From contig OZ024743.1 in the NCBI GenBank assembly GCA_964016885.1, forward strand, positions 6,138,001 to 6,202,000: a DNA stretch of 64,000 nucleotides, given 5' to 3'. The notes beneath the pieces were generated by a model that saw nothing but the letters and a program-made list of their open reading frames with translations, searched no databases and was not told the origin of the DNA. Positions 1-12,654 of this stretch are shown here, piece by piece. This DNA comes from Eledone cirrhosa (taxonomy: Eukaryota). Every line of letters begins with the position of its first letter. Position 1 is the stretch's first letter. The position numbers and the translations under genes are program-made.

Positions 1-9
1 GTTTGGCAA

Positions 10-430
10 GATTTCTACAGCTGGATGTCCATCCTATAATACGAACACACACATATACATGTGTGTGTGTAAATAGATTGGTTATAGTATGGACATCCAG
101 CCGTAGAAATCTATATATATGATATATATATATATCATCATCATCATCACCGTTTTACGCCCGTTATTCCACGCTAGCAGGTTGTCCTGTTGTGGGCAGT
201 GTCCAGTTGGCTGACCTTGTCTTGCTCATACGGGAACTGATTCTGGCTTGATTTCTACAGCTGGATGCCCTTCCTAACACCAACCTCATTTACAGTGAAT
301 GCTCTCTGTGGCGCCTACACGTCCACTTTACAGTATGGGCTGGGTGCTTTTTTTGCCATGGCACCTCCACAACGACTTTGCAGTGGGAGGGGGTGGGGGC
401 ATATTGTCTATATGCTTCAGCTTTAGCTTG
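10..430 (-). mobile_element. Remnants of RTE 3' UTR / RTE-tailed SINE, with a short fold-back at 10-111
   Basis: (CAT)n followed by cgttttacgcccgttattccacgctagc and atttctacagctggatgcccttcctaacaccaac, which resemble the reverse complement of the RTE 3' UTR at 56100-56386. 10-32 pairs with 89-111. Confidence 0.65.
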
Positions 431-539
431 TACCCGTGGGGGGTCAGGTCTTCTGTATTACTTCTGTATATATATATATATCATATCATATATATATATA
501 TATATATATGATATCATATGTATATATATTTATGATATC

Positions 540-584
<45 letters not shown>

Positions 585-587
<3 letters not shown>

Positions 588-810
588 GGTATATTTAGTC
601 GGTTTCTACATGCTGTTGAAATGTTGGATAAATATTCTATTGGGGTCACAGAGAAGAGGCCGCTTTCGGTTATTTGTCGGAAATTTCTTCATAAGAGCCT
701 TTATTCTTATAGCTTGGTATAATTGATTTTTTATATGGTTAATTATGCTAATTGGGAGAGGACATGGTATATATTTTATCTAATAATTCTAAGGACATGA
801 TTTATGATAT
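585..810 (+). mobile_element. Isolated terminal fragment of the 17472-18555 fold-back element family
   Basis: Near-identical to 18271-18493; flanked by (TA)n. Confidence 0.8.
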
Positions 811-845
811 ATATATATATATATATATATATAGGAACAAGTAAG

Positions 846-940
846 ACCCCGACGGCTGAGCTCAAGCCGTTTCGACGGCTAATTCTGTACTGAATGAAAA
901 ATTAATTCTGGTATTTAAATAGCCGAACTTATCAAGGGGT
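846..940 (-). ncRNA. Type I hammerhead ribozyme, variant core UUGAUAA (U3-A8)
   Basis: Reverse complement of 3428-3522; same sense as the PLE ORF. Confidence 0.75.
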
Positions 941-2123
941 AATTCCATATATGGTCAAAGAGATAATCACCAGGATTGGTCACATCACAAGTTAGTAGTA
1001 AATCTGTGATGGCAAGTTGGTGGGGGAAGGGGTAGCTAAACCTGCCAGTAGGAGAAAAGGGGAGAGGGGGTGGAGTAGACCCATTCATGCGTTGGTAGTG
1101 CCAGCTACAGCTGGGTGTGAGGTCAAAGAGGATACTGGGGAGGGGGAGGGGGAGGTCGAAACGGTAAGTAGAACAATGATAGGTAAAACTGTAAAAGGTA
1201 CTGAGAGAGAAAAAAAATATAAGCAAAATCTGGTTACTAAGATTTAAGTCTCTTGCTATTGCTAGGCTGAAGAAATACATAAATAAATAAATAAACAAAT
1301 AAGTGAATAAAAGAATAGATAAATAAATTTAAAAATATATATATATATATATATATAATGTAGAATAAAAAAATAAATGATAATAATAGAAAAAAAAACT
1401 AGGTGGGACGGAAATAAAGGTACCCTTATACGAGGTATAAGTGCGTGTATTGTACGGTGACGGGTCAACAAAAGTGGGGCCAGAATACTAAAGAGACTAC
1501 CACGAAAATAATAAAGGTTTCCACCCCAAACACAGGGCCAGCAACCACCCAGTGCAAGAAAGTAAACTAGTACGAGAATATAATTCAGGGTCCCGCAAAA
1601 AAATACTGGTGCTAACTCTAAGGGTACCGCCACGAAACAAAAGGTCTTATACAAGCTACATGAAAGATCGTACGAAGTAAAAGTAAAGAACGGAAAATTA
1701 ATACAGGAACCCCCCCCCCCCCCCCCAAAAAAAAAGGGAAAAAGAAAAAAGAGATACTGGATAAACGAGAAATTAAAGCAAAGATGCCACTAAGAAATAT
1801 AGAAGGCACGGAAAAAGGTGACAGCGGTCGGAGAAGGGGGCGAGTATCCGAAATCTAACACCTCTGCTATAAAAAGCGGAGTCAGCCACATCTATCATAG
1901 AATAGGGGAGGGGGTGGGGGTGCTGAAGCTACAAGGGACCGATGGGCTACCTCGGGTGGGCGAGAAAGAGACAACGACAAAGAAAGGGAACTGGGGTAGA
2001 AGGACTAGGGAGGGATGGGGGGAAGGAGGAAATATAGAGGAAGCGATAAAAGAATGTAAAAGAAGATCTTACGTCTCCATAGGCAAGCAGGGGTTACCCA
2101 TTACAAAGTAGGCAAGTGGGGTG

Positions 2124-3195
2124 TTATAGCCCTAGGCTACCCCCCGGATCATTATGGGGTTTGAGGGCGAGGTAGGTCCTACGTAATCGGTGTTTACATG
2201 CAGTAACCAGTTCATCTTTCTTGTTTAGGAGTTGGTCCGTCGAAAACAACATTTGTAATGTTTCCTCCGAGCATAAATTGCACGGACGGCGTCCTCCCGT
2301 GTAAGAGTTGGCTCTGGACAGTAATTTCCAAGTGAGATCATAGTTGATGTTGTTGTCCTTGAGGTCCCATATGTGGCCCGAAAGTGTAGTGGCGTGACGC
2401 CGGGCCGGGTTTCGGAAGGTATGTCTGTGTTGGTATAGCCGGGTCTTGAAGTCGCATGCGGTTAATCCTATATAAGCTTTTTTGGAGGTGTCCGTGCTCA
2501 CGTTGCACTGGTAGATCACATTACGGTCTCTGCATCTGTTGTCGAGGGGGCAACCTGATCTATCAGGACAGTTGCACCTCCTGGTCGGCTCTCCACTGCT
2601 ATTTAGGTTGTTTCTTCCATCGGGGTTGAGTTTTTTGTTGTTGGAGGAGACGATGTTTTGTGCGAAGTTTGGTGTAGTGCTGTAAGAGAGTTTGATGGTA
2701 TTTTTGTTAATTATGTTGTGGTAGCGGTGTTGTGGTGGGAAGTGTTTTTCAATGAGCCTAAAGAAAATTTTCCCGATGGGAGTTGTCACCTCAGCGTTGT
2801 GGGGAGGATTGAACCATGTTACATTGCGTGAGCGGCGGTGTCGCCTGCTGGTTCCGCTAATGGGAGCTGGACAGTAGGATATTTCCTCCCGGAAACCACT
2901 CCGCTTGAGGGCCTGGTTGTAGTAAGGCGCATGTTCATCGAATATCTTCTCATTAGCTGACAAACGGGATATACGGAGGGAGATGTTTTTGACCAGGTTG
3001 TTGGTGATGTTCCTGGGATGGTTAGATCGGCGGTGGATGTAGTGCAGGTTGTCATTGGGTTTCCTGTATGGGTAGTACAGGTCATTATTGAGATCGAGGG
3101 TAACGTCCAGGAAATTAACTCGGGTCAGGGACGTTTGTAGGGTTATTTTAAATCCCCAATCGCGGAAGAAGCTGATTAATTGTTTACGGACCCGA
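2124..3195 (-). CDS. PLE polyprotein C-terminal part (RT thumb, WFNPP linker, CNC..CPL..C motif, GIY-YIG endonuclease), 5'-truncated
   Basis: Open frame ...VNFLDVTLDL..YRKP..SNHP..VTWFNPP..CNCPDRSGCPLDNRC..VIYQC..AYIGLT..FKTRLYQH..CNLCSEE. The frame extends upstream of the called Met to the inversion junction. Confidence 0.88.
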
Positions 3196-3427
3196 TCTAC
3201 TTACCGTTTCGACCTCCCCCTCCCCCTCCCCAGTATCCTCTTTGACCTCACACCCAGCTGTAGCTGGCACTACCAACGCATGAATGGGTCTACTCCACCC
3301 CCTCTCCCCTTTTCTCCTACTGGCAGGTTTAGCTACCCCTTCCCCCACCAACTTGCCATCACAGATTTACTACTAACTTGTGATGTGACCAATCCTGGTG
3401 ATTATCTTTTTGACCATATATGGAATT

Positions 3428-3522
3428 ACCCCTTGATAAGTTCGGCTATTTAAATACCAGAATTAATTTTTCATTCAGTACAGAATTAGCCGTCGAAACG
3501 GCTTGAGCTCAGCCGTCGGGGT
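3428..3522 (+). ncRNA. Type I hammerhead ribozyme, variant core UUGAUAA (U3-A8)
   Basis: acccc-TTGATAA-gttcggcta..tagccgtc-GAAA-cggct tgagctc agccg-TC-ggggt; stems I, II and III all pair. Confidence 0.78.
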
Positions 3523-3784
3523 CTTACTTGTTCCTATTACCCACTCTACTACCCAAAGTATTGAGTATTTTGGTGCGTTATGGTCCACCTGGTTCCTTAC
3601 CACATTTCCTTCGTTATATATATATATATTATAGTTGAGACAGTAAACAGAAAACAAAAAACAAAACAACGTGGAAGCGAAGAGGCAGTACAAATGTTAA
3701 TATTAGTTTCACGCTTGAGAGCGTGTGGTTGTGGGGGGGGGGGGCGTGTTTATATATATGCATTTTTATATATATATAAAAATA

Positions 3785-3845
3785 AAATTTGAATTTTATT
3801 TCTCGCCCTAGCACAGCTGATACATATATGTAAGTATGAACACGT

Positions 3846-3889
<44 letters not shown>

Positions 3890-4412
3890 CTATATATATA
3901 CATACACACACACATATATATATATACATACACACATAGCACAGCTTCAAATCAGGCCGTTTGTCAACAAACGAATCCAACAAAATTATTAATGTTCGAT
4001 ATAACCCACACGTACATATCTATATATGTGTGTGTGTATGTATATATATAGCTGTGTATATATATATGTGTGTACGTGGGCATACTTACATTTATGTATC
4101 AGCTGTGCTAGGGCGAGATATAAAATTCTATTTTTATTTTTAATATTCGGCAAGGCCAGCCGTAACTCGCTCGCTATACAGACGAGGCTACTCAGCCGAT
4201 GTGTACTTAAGAAAATACTATATATTTTCAACCGTTCAACAGACTGGCAGCGTATACAGTCCTGATGAAGGGTAATGACCCAGAAACATGCTGATTGTTC
4301 CTCAAAGCCAGTGTTGAATAAACAGGTGACGGTCGGTCACCGGCACAGCTTCAAATCGGGCCGTTTGTTTACAAACGAATCGAACATTATTATTAATGTT
4401 CGATATAACCCA
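3785..4412 (+). repeat. Small rearranged element: inverted repeat 3785-3925/4017-4137, direct repeat 3939-4006/4343-4410, HHR-like core at 4262-4288
   Basis: Repeats visible directly. CTGATGA-agggt aatg accca-GAAAC is present, but no convincing stem I. Confidence 0.55.
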
Positions 4413-4571
4413 TATGTATATGTATATATGTTTGTATAAGGAGGATTAATCATTTTTTAAAAGGTAATATTTGAAGATCTAGTTAAACTTTAATTAGTTA
4501 CCTACCTAGCTGTGTGTGATTACACACTTTACAAATTATCCCCTGTGATTGTTTCATGTGTTTATTTTAAA

Positions 4572-4603
4572 TATCATACACCTACGGTAGTAGGTGTATG
4601 ATA
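4572..4603. repeat. Perfect 14-bp hairpin
   Basis: tatcatacacctac ggta gtaggtgtatgata. Confidence 0.85.
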
Positions 4604-4880
4604 TTCTTAAGGTTCCATTTCGGTCACTCGCGACACCTTCAAAGCTTTGTCACTAATTCAATTTTTGATAGAATTGGATGCGGTTTTTTGCACTTTATAG
4701 GACCACAGATAAGCTACTTTTTGACATAAAAATATTGAAATTTGGTTCAGTAGAAAAAAAGTTACATAAAAATAAGTGAGGCCCAAAAGAGTGTAAGGAA
4801 CTACATACATAAGTAACGCTTAGTTTGTTTCTAATTTCTAATACATTAAAATAGTGATAGATTGTGCAATAGTGAATTGT

Positions 4881-4953
4881 GGTCAGGTAGCTCAGTCGGT
4901 AGAGCAGCGGACCGGCAATCCGAAGGTCCTGGGTTCGATTCCCACCCTGATTA
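4881..4953 (+). pseudogene. tRNA-like sequence (Ala, GGC anticodon), probably a repeat-borne pseudo-tRNA
   Basis: 73-nt cloverleaf: acceptor ggtcagg/cctgatt, D arm gctc/gagc, A box, B box GGTTCGATTCC, TTTT downstream. It has C33 instead of U33 and mismatches in the anticodon and T stems. Confidence 0.6.
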
Positions 4954-5075
4954 CTTTTCCGATCTGCACTTCTTCTTATTCATTATTATTTATTTAACTT
5001 ATTTGTTGATAAATATTTTTATTAATATTAATATTAATATAATATCCTTGCATTGCCTGGAAAAAAAGTGGATTA

Positions 5076-6435
5076 CAGGGAAAAATGCGGGCGCATGTAA
5101 AGAAATATTCTTAAATTAATAAACCTAGAAAAGTAAAGGACAAGTTATTACACCTGGAAAAGTAAAGGACAAGAAAACTTCTTAAAATATTGCAGCTAAA
5201 GTCTAAATTTGAAAAAAAATATTTAGATTATAAAACTAAAAATAAATAATTATAAGTTAATTGTTAAAAAAATATCACTTTAAAGGACTGGAAAAATGAC
5301 TGTCTTATAGGGAGAGTTGACTACTGTATACTTAATTTTTTTCTTGGTGTATACAAATTAATCTTTTTAAAATAAAATTTGTACAATAATTTGTACAATA
5401 ATTAATTAATAATAATTGTTTCTACAAGGCCAGCAATTATCAAGTGCATTACTGGTACTTTATTTTATCGACCCCGTAAGGATGAAAGGCAAAGTCAACC
5501 TCGGCGGGATTTGAACTCAGATCATAAAGGGACGTAACTATGCTGGAAAGCATGGCGTCCGACCCTCTACCGATACTGCCAATCCACCTAATAATTAATA
5601 TGTACAATTTATTAATTTATGTTATAAGATATTTAAAAATTTTCACTCTTAATCAAATTATATTTTTAAAAATTTAGTTATAAAATAATGCAGTAAAATA
5701 AATCAAAAACAGTGCATCATATAATTGCACTTTTTATGAGTATTACAGATTTTTTTTATAATATAGTAAAATTCAACATCTCAAGGGGCAAAATTAGGTA
5801 AAAGTCAATTCATCAATTATTCATTTATAGTGAATCAATCAATTATAGTGAATTCATCAATTCATTAGATGAACTGTTGAATTAGACAATGTTTAATTTT
5901 TAATTGTAGTCTAATTTTACTCTACCTAAAAATGTAGATTGGTTATTTTGATCTCTGACAGGTCTTAAATTTCATTATTAAACAGTTATAATTTGTTATT
6001 ATTTATCATTACAGTTGGCTCCCTAATTAATTATTAATTAATTGTTAGTGTCATTTACACGCCAAAATTTTGTTTTATTTGATGTTTATAATTGTCACAC
6101 ATTTTTCAGTCCCATTTAGTAAAGTAAAATAAAGTATATTTATTTAATGACCCAACCACTATGGTGTAAATTAGGATCACAAAATTAAATAAATGATCAT
6201 AAATTAGTATTATTATCAATTAGAGAGTCAACTGTATTATTAGAATTTATCACTTTCTATGTATATTTAAATCAAATATTTTTTATTATTCAAATTTATA
6301 CTATAGCTGCAATATTTTAAGAAGTTTTAAGAAGTTTTGTTGTCCTTTACTTTTCCAGGTGTAATAACTTGTCCTTTACTTTTCTAGGTTTATTAATTTA
6401 AGAATATTTCTTTACATGCGGCCGCATTTTCCCTG
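5076..6435. mobile_element. Non-autonomous DNA transposon, ~125-bp TIRs, TA target duplication (Tc1/mariner-type)
   Basis: TA|cagggaaaaatgcgggcgc...gcggccgcattttccctg|TA. The TIRs contain repeated aaaagtaaaggacaa motifs. No ORF. Confidence 0.8.
5414..5590 (-). mobile_element. tRNA-derived SINE, family A (core ctttgcctttcatccttacggggtcgataaa)
   Basis: Matches the copies at 19884, 30889, 32811, 39638, 40612 and 40858; B-box gagttcaaatcc; inserted in the DNA transposon. Confidence 0.85.
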
Positions 6436-7089
6436 TAATATATATATATGTCAATCAATTTCTAGTTGATATATGCGTGTATGAATTTTATTCCGTTCGG
6501 CAATTGAAACAGTGACCCCCACATTCACCGCGGCGTCCGTGATGTGACAGGCAGCAAAAGAGTCACTGACTGTGACGTCCCAGATGAGACACCTACCTCT
6601 CACCCAAGGAACACAGACACATAAATCCTCAATTTATTGTTTAACAATTTTTGTGAAGTTATTTAGAATCCGTTTCTCTGTAGTCTATTTTTTAATGAAA
6701 TGGTTTTTTCTTTATTGATGATTCACTTGTTTTATTCATTCTTATATTTGTACTCTTTTATATATATGCTATTTATATATATAGTTGTTTCTACTTTAGG
6801 CACAAGGCCAGCAATTATCCAGTGCATTACTGGTACTTTATTTATATATATAGTGTTGGAGCCATAGTAAAATGTACTCAGTGCACTCTGTAAGTAGTTA
6901 GCATTAAAAAGGATATGCCAAATATGTAATATACGTAGAAGTAGGTTCCCCGATTTGGCTAGTTTCAAACTGTGATGATTCAGTCAAACTACGGTGTTTG
7001 TAATCTTGTTCATACTAGTGTTGGCGTTGTTGGTGATTAATATATTTATGGGTTAGCAATTAAAGTAACTGTATTGCATTTAGTGTTGG

Positions 7090-7241
7090 CTAGACCCCCC
7101 GTGACCCGTTCGGTCACGTTCACTTCAAAATATTTTTTTAAAATCATGTCCACTTAAAAATAATTTTTAAATAATTAAAATATACACAGACATGTATATA
7201 ATGTGAAATGAAACTGGAAGGCCCATATATATATGAGTGTG

Positions 7242-7323
<82 letters not shown>

Positions 7324-7957
7324 AACGAATTAGCCGTCAAAACAGCTTGAGCTCAGCCGTCGGGGTCCTACTCGTTCCTATTACCCACTCTACTACTCTA
7401 AGTATTGAGTACTTTGGTGCATTATGGTCCACCAGGTTCCTTACCACATTTCCTTCGTTATATATATATATATATATATATATAAATGTGTGTGTGTGTG
7501 TATGTGTATACATATATATATGTATGTGTGTGTATATATATATATGTGGGTATCTATGATCTATATACACTGGTCATAGACACACACATATATATATACA
7601 CACACTCACATATATATATATACACAACAACACCACCAGCTCTCTTCCATTCTCCTTCTCCGTCCTCTCCTTCCATCTATGTCTCCCTTTCAATCTACTC
7701 TCTCACAACCACTATCTTTTCCCCTCTCTCTTTTTCTCTATTTGTTTATGAAGGTACCCGGAAAAAACCCATATCTTTCCCAAGATATGGGTTTTTTCTG
7801 GGTACCGATTTATGCGAAACTTGTTTTATTCCATTTGTATTCCCATTTCAGGGGCAAATTCCTTTCAAAGTATTTTCCAATTATGCACCCTTTTGACTGT
7901 GTTACATTACAGACAAGCAAGCAAGCAATCACAGACTTTTAGTAATATATAGATAGA
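7090..7957 (-). mobile_element. Non-autonomous Helitron with nested insertions
   Basis: Minus strand begins TCTATCTATATATTACTAAAAGTCTG and ends with hairpin gtgacc..ggtcac followed by CTAG. The 3' part matches 48281-48385. Confidence 0.6.
7321..7459 (+). mobile_element. Terminal fragment of the PLE copy 1/2 family
   Basis: Matches 3485-3615, preceded by an 8-nt inverted stub aggaacga; inside (TA)n. Confidence 0.85.
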
Positions 7958-8559
7958 TATGTTTATGTAGTAATATATAGATAGATAATGTTTGATTTAA
8001 TAGTGCTCTACGTCTTCTAGGAAACTGCCTCTATCGCTTATTGTTCATCTGTTATTCTTTTCATTTCCACTGTTTGAGATTTCAGAAACACACTCACACA
8101 CACATGCGAGTAAAAGCGACGATGTTCTTGGGCAGATTCTAGGCTTCGAGGGAAATCAACTAACCACTCTTGTTGAGAGACCCCTCAGTCCAGGGTTGCT
8201 CATGGATAACTTCCACAAATCCCTGGTCTGGCAATACTACCGGAGAGCATTGCCATTTCAAGATAAACTCTACATGCATGGAAGTGGTGTTTGTCAGCAC
8301 TGTCTGATGCACACCTTCGCCCAGTGTCCGGGCATTGCTAGCTTGTAGGTTTATGCCAAACACCAGGAATCACGTGTATGACGGCTGACTCCATCGTGAA
8401 GACCGCCCTGCTGCCTTCTTGTAGTCGAGGACAGGCATTTTTTTTATCTGCCTGGCGACCAATACGAAAGAGTTCGTATGGTAGACACGTTTGAAAGGGC
8501 TGAAGAAAAGTATTTTCCTCTTCGACGAAGCCCAGATGAACATTTTCAGGTTTCTCTTG

Positions 8560-8870
8560 AAGAGGAAAATCAGGAAGGAGAAGGAAGTGCTACCTTCCAA
8601 CCTGTTTATTGAAAGGTGCGTGAGAGTGGCGAGCATGGTCCATTTTCTCCACTGGTGGCCATGAAAAGCATTTCTTTCACAGTTGTCATCATGTATTTCA
8701 AATGCTTTCAAAGAGGACTTTATACGGTCCTTAAACTGCAGTTTAGGTTCAAGTTGGGGTTGCTTACTGTGTACAAATAAACCATACAACATCTAATCAT
8801 TTATTCGTACAATATGTTCAATCCAACGTAAACGGTGAGTATGTGCCATTGCTTCAATACTCAATACTAT
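8560..8870 (-). pseudogene. Degraded RTE LINE ORF 3' end
   Basis: LRWIEHIVR..LYGLF..KLQFKDRIKSSLK, typical of the RTE C-terminus. Confidence 0.6.
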
Positions 8871-9199
8871 ATACAAATATGCACAGCGCCACTTTAGTGT
8901 AGTGTTTAACGCACTTACCCGGAATCCGGCAGATAGGGGGTTCGATTTCTTGCTTGTGCCTCTCTACTTTTTTTCCGTCTTCGGGTGTACTTTACCCGAT
9001 TTTCTCAACTATTATTTATATCGACCATCATTATTTGTGTATTATTTGCGTTGAGATGAACACAATTTTTCCAATGCTTCCGAAGTCAGCCATTTTACAC
9101 TTCTAGCTGGTTGTTGCATTTGAATTTAATGATTCATTCTGAATTTTTTACTTAGTTGTTGCATTTGAATTTAATGATTCATTCTGATTTTTTTTACTA

Positions 9200-9362
9200 G
9201 AACGCAGCGAATTAGCAGAGTCCTTAGAACGTCAGATAGAATGCTTTCTAGTATTCGTTCCGACTCTCTACTCTCTGAGTTCAAACCCCACCGAGGTCAA
9301 CTTTGTATTTCATCCATTTAATGTCGATAAAAAAGTACGTGTCTGGGATAGTACTGGGATCG
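9200..9362 (+). mobile_element. Diverged SINE family A copy
   Basis: ctgagttcaaaccccaccgaggtcaactttgtatttcatcc..gtcgataaa. Confidence 0.65.
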
Positions 9363-10077
9363 ATTCTTCCTCTATATCTTTTTCTCACTTCCATCATCTC
9401 TCCCTCTCTATCTCTTTCTCACTCCCATTCTCTCACCCTCTATATCTTTTTCTCACTTCCATTATCTCTCATTCTCTGGAAGAAATCTGTATTCAGACGT
9501 GGAGAGGAGATGGTCTCCGCTAGGTTTAAAAAATACCCTAGGAATGCCACATGTCAGTATGGTCTCCGTACCACTCCTCCAGGAGTTATTGATCTATACA
9601 TACATTTCTTTACTAGGATTGTGGAGTAATTATTTCCGGTTTCGGTTAATTTTAGTTTAATTTTAATTTTCTTGGTGGTTAGTGGGTTTTATTTGGATAA
9701 TTTAGCTAAATTTGGATGATTTAGCTGTAGTGGTTAGTTTAGCTCTTTGCACACTAAAATGGTAAGAAAACTTCGATATGTGATAAACATAACATGTACA
9801 TAAATTGTAGCGCATATCCAAATAGATATGTGCTTTGGTAGTCTGGGGAGAAAATATAATTATTGGAAGGGGAGGGGGGTCACCCCCCCCCCCTCACACA
9901 CACACACCCAGTTCCACCGCCACAGTATATATATATAATTTAAGAAAATTATGCTCTGTGCCCTTTCCTAAGCGGTTAATATTTCGAGTTTCTTCGCATT
10001 TGGTAAGAAACTGGTATTATACCCAAGTTACTCATCTTATACACACACACATATATATATATATATACATATATTCA

Positions 10078-10200
10078 TTTATTATGGCTATTGGTGAGCT
10101 TTGTTACTCTTAAAGTTTCACCTGCACACTCACAGGATAATCAGTCTTGTCTTGTGAGTACACATGTGAGACTCCAGAGTAGCACTTAGCCATAATAAAT
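10078..10200. repeat. Imperfect palindrome (MITE-like)
   Basis: attatggcta..tactct..actcacaggata / tgtcttgtgagt..agagta..cataat. Confidence 0.5.
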
Positions 10201-10574
10201 ACATATTTAAACTCTACTTCGGTATTGAGTTTTCATTCTTGCATCCGTTAATAATTCACGTACTCCCAGCTCTTGAATAATCGTCCCCACCCCCGCTTAT
10301 TAATTTGTCAAATTTTTTCCAACATATCCCCGCCAGGTTTTTATTCCACCCCACCCCCACCTGCTTATTAAATTTTGCTAATCTATCTCCGGCAAAATTT
10401 TATTGTAAGTGATTCATATTGATACAGCAGCTGGGGAATCTAATAATTATTTAATTTTACATTAAAAAAAAAACATTATATATGACAAAAGAACATTACA
10501 AGAAATCCCATATTTAAGAACGTACAAGCCCCCCATTATTGCTACCCCTCCTATTATTTGGGATCCGAGAGTGC

Positions 10575-11390
10575 TACCAAACTCTCCTCCTCTCTATGTC
10601 TATCACAGAAAACTCTCTTTTAATCCACTTCTCTGTATCAACTAAAACCAAACTCTACCCCTCTCTATATCTACCATGACACCGCCTCTCTTATCCCACT
10701 CTCTATATCTAAGACTAATACACTCTCTCACTCTCTATAAATATTTACACTTATCTTTCTTGATCCCCCTCTATATATCAATTCACACCAAACTCTCACC
10801 CTCTCTATATCTACTACACGGGACTCTCCCATTATCCCTCTCTGTATATCTACAACTACCAAATTCTCCCCCTCTCTATATCTATTACATGATACTCTCT
10901 TCCAATCTCCATCTCTATATCAATTCACACCAAACTTCCCCTCTCTATATCTACTATACGGAACTCTCTTCCAAACCCCCTCTCTATATCAATTCACACC
11001 AAACTTTCCCCCTCTCTACATCTACTACACGGAACTCTCTTTCCAATATCCCTCTCTAAATCAATATACATTAATCTCTCCTCCTCTCTATATCTACTAC
11101 ACGGAACGCTTTCCAATACCCCTCTCTAAATCAATATACATCAATATCTCCCTCTCTCTATATCTAATATACAACACACTCTCTCAACCCCCTCACTATA
11201 TCAAATACCACCAAACTATCCCCCTCTCTATATCTACCTTAGAACACTCTTTCTCATTCCCTCTCACTTTATCCATCACTACCAAACTCTCCCTTATCTA
11301 TATCTAATATACAACACACTCTGCCAACCTTCCTCTCTATATTAATTACTACCAAACTCTCCCCCTCTCTATATCTATCTCTCCCATCTG
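10575..11390 (+). repeat. Degenerate ~60-bp tandem repeat array
   Basis: Recurrent ctctctatatctactacacggaactctct..caccaaactctcc units. A ~120-bp segment at 9788-9915 recurs at 11397-11520. A related reverse array lies at 49600-49960. Confidence 0.7.
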
Positions 11391-12524
11391 TCTCGACATA
11401 ACATGTACATAAACTGTAGCGCATATACAAATAGATGTGTGTTTTGGTAGTTTGGGGAAAAATATAATTATTGGGGGTGGGGTATGGTCCCCCCCCCCTG
11501 CCCTCCAGTTCCACCAACCCTGATGTGTGTGTGCGGTGTGTGTGTATGTATGTGTATGTGTGTATGTGTGTATGTGCGTCTGTGTGTATATGTAAATATA
11601 TATACATATATATATGTGTGTATATATATATATATCTGTTTATAAAAACATAAGGAAAAGTACTCAAAAGTACTAAAAATATAAAGTAGAGTTAATTATA
11701 ATGATTACAGCAAAACGAATGAACTCTTCAAATTCCGTGCTGTCCCTCATTCCAAACATATATAAAGTAAGGACATAATCATGTTTTGTATAAGCGCGAA
11801 CGTGAACCCCGGAATGAAAACTACAGTATTAAATCTCAGTTCTTTTTCTATGAATGTATATATGTTCTTCTGGTTTTATAATGTTATATGTATGTATGAA
11901 TGTATGTATGTGTGTGTGTATGCGTATGTATGCATGTATGTGTGTATGCATGTGTGCGCACACACACCACACAAACAAACATAAACATATAAACACTCAC
12001 ACACACACAAAGAAACGCAAACAAATATCACACACAAACCCATACACACACAGGCACATATATATAATTTGAAGGTGACATTTTGGTTTTCTAAACATAC
12101 CTTCTACAAAGATCAATAATACTATCTGCTCACCTGTTGACGTAGTTCTCTAATTTTCTTATTCGTTCATCAGCTCATCAAGATATTTGTTTAGTCTTTG
12201 AGCAATGAATGTCCTGTTTTTTAAACTGTTTAAATTATTAGATCGATGGCCTTCTTCTCACAATGAAGTCATATGTCTGTATGACTGTGCTATCATTTAT
12301 GCATTGTCACCTGTCTGTATTATAGTTACTATCTGCCACACCTATAATACCCTTGCTTTGAGTAATACAACCAAGTGTTGACACACTATATTTACTGACC
12401 TTATTTTGTCTTGCATGAAGTAGCATAGAGACTACTATCTCAATTGTTGTAACAATAGTATACAATTCATTGAGATAAAAAAGATTAGTATATATCAAAC
12501 GATATCAACCAAGTGATTAATATG

Positions 12525-12654
<130 letters not shown>

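Larger units (their letters stand above)
833..3615 (-). mobile_element. Penelope-like retroelement, 5'-truncated, with inverted pLTR (copy 1)
   Basis: RT C-terminus plus GIY-YIG ORF on the minus strand. 833-1172 is inverted at 3196-3535, plus an 80-nt extension (3536-3615). (TA)n on both sides. Confidence 0.92.

Noticed and set aside
915-3453. Two ORFs (915-1298 minus, 3088-3453 plus) with identical C-termini
   Set aside because: A by-product of the inverted pLTR duplication; no protein features.
4262-4300. CTGATGA..GAAAC as a complete hammerhead
   Set aside because: No stem I partner after a plausible NUH site; kept only as HHR-like.
10575-11390. Repeat array as CRISPR
   Set aside because: Degenerate tandem minisatellite without unique spacers, in eukaryotic context with no cas genes.
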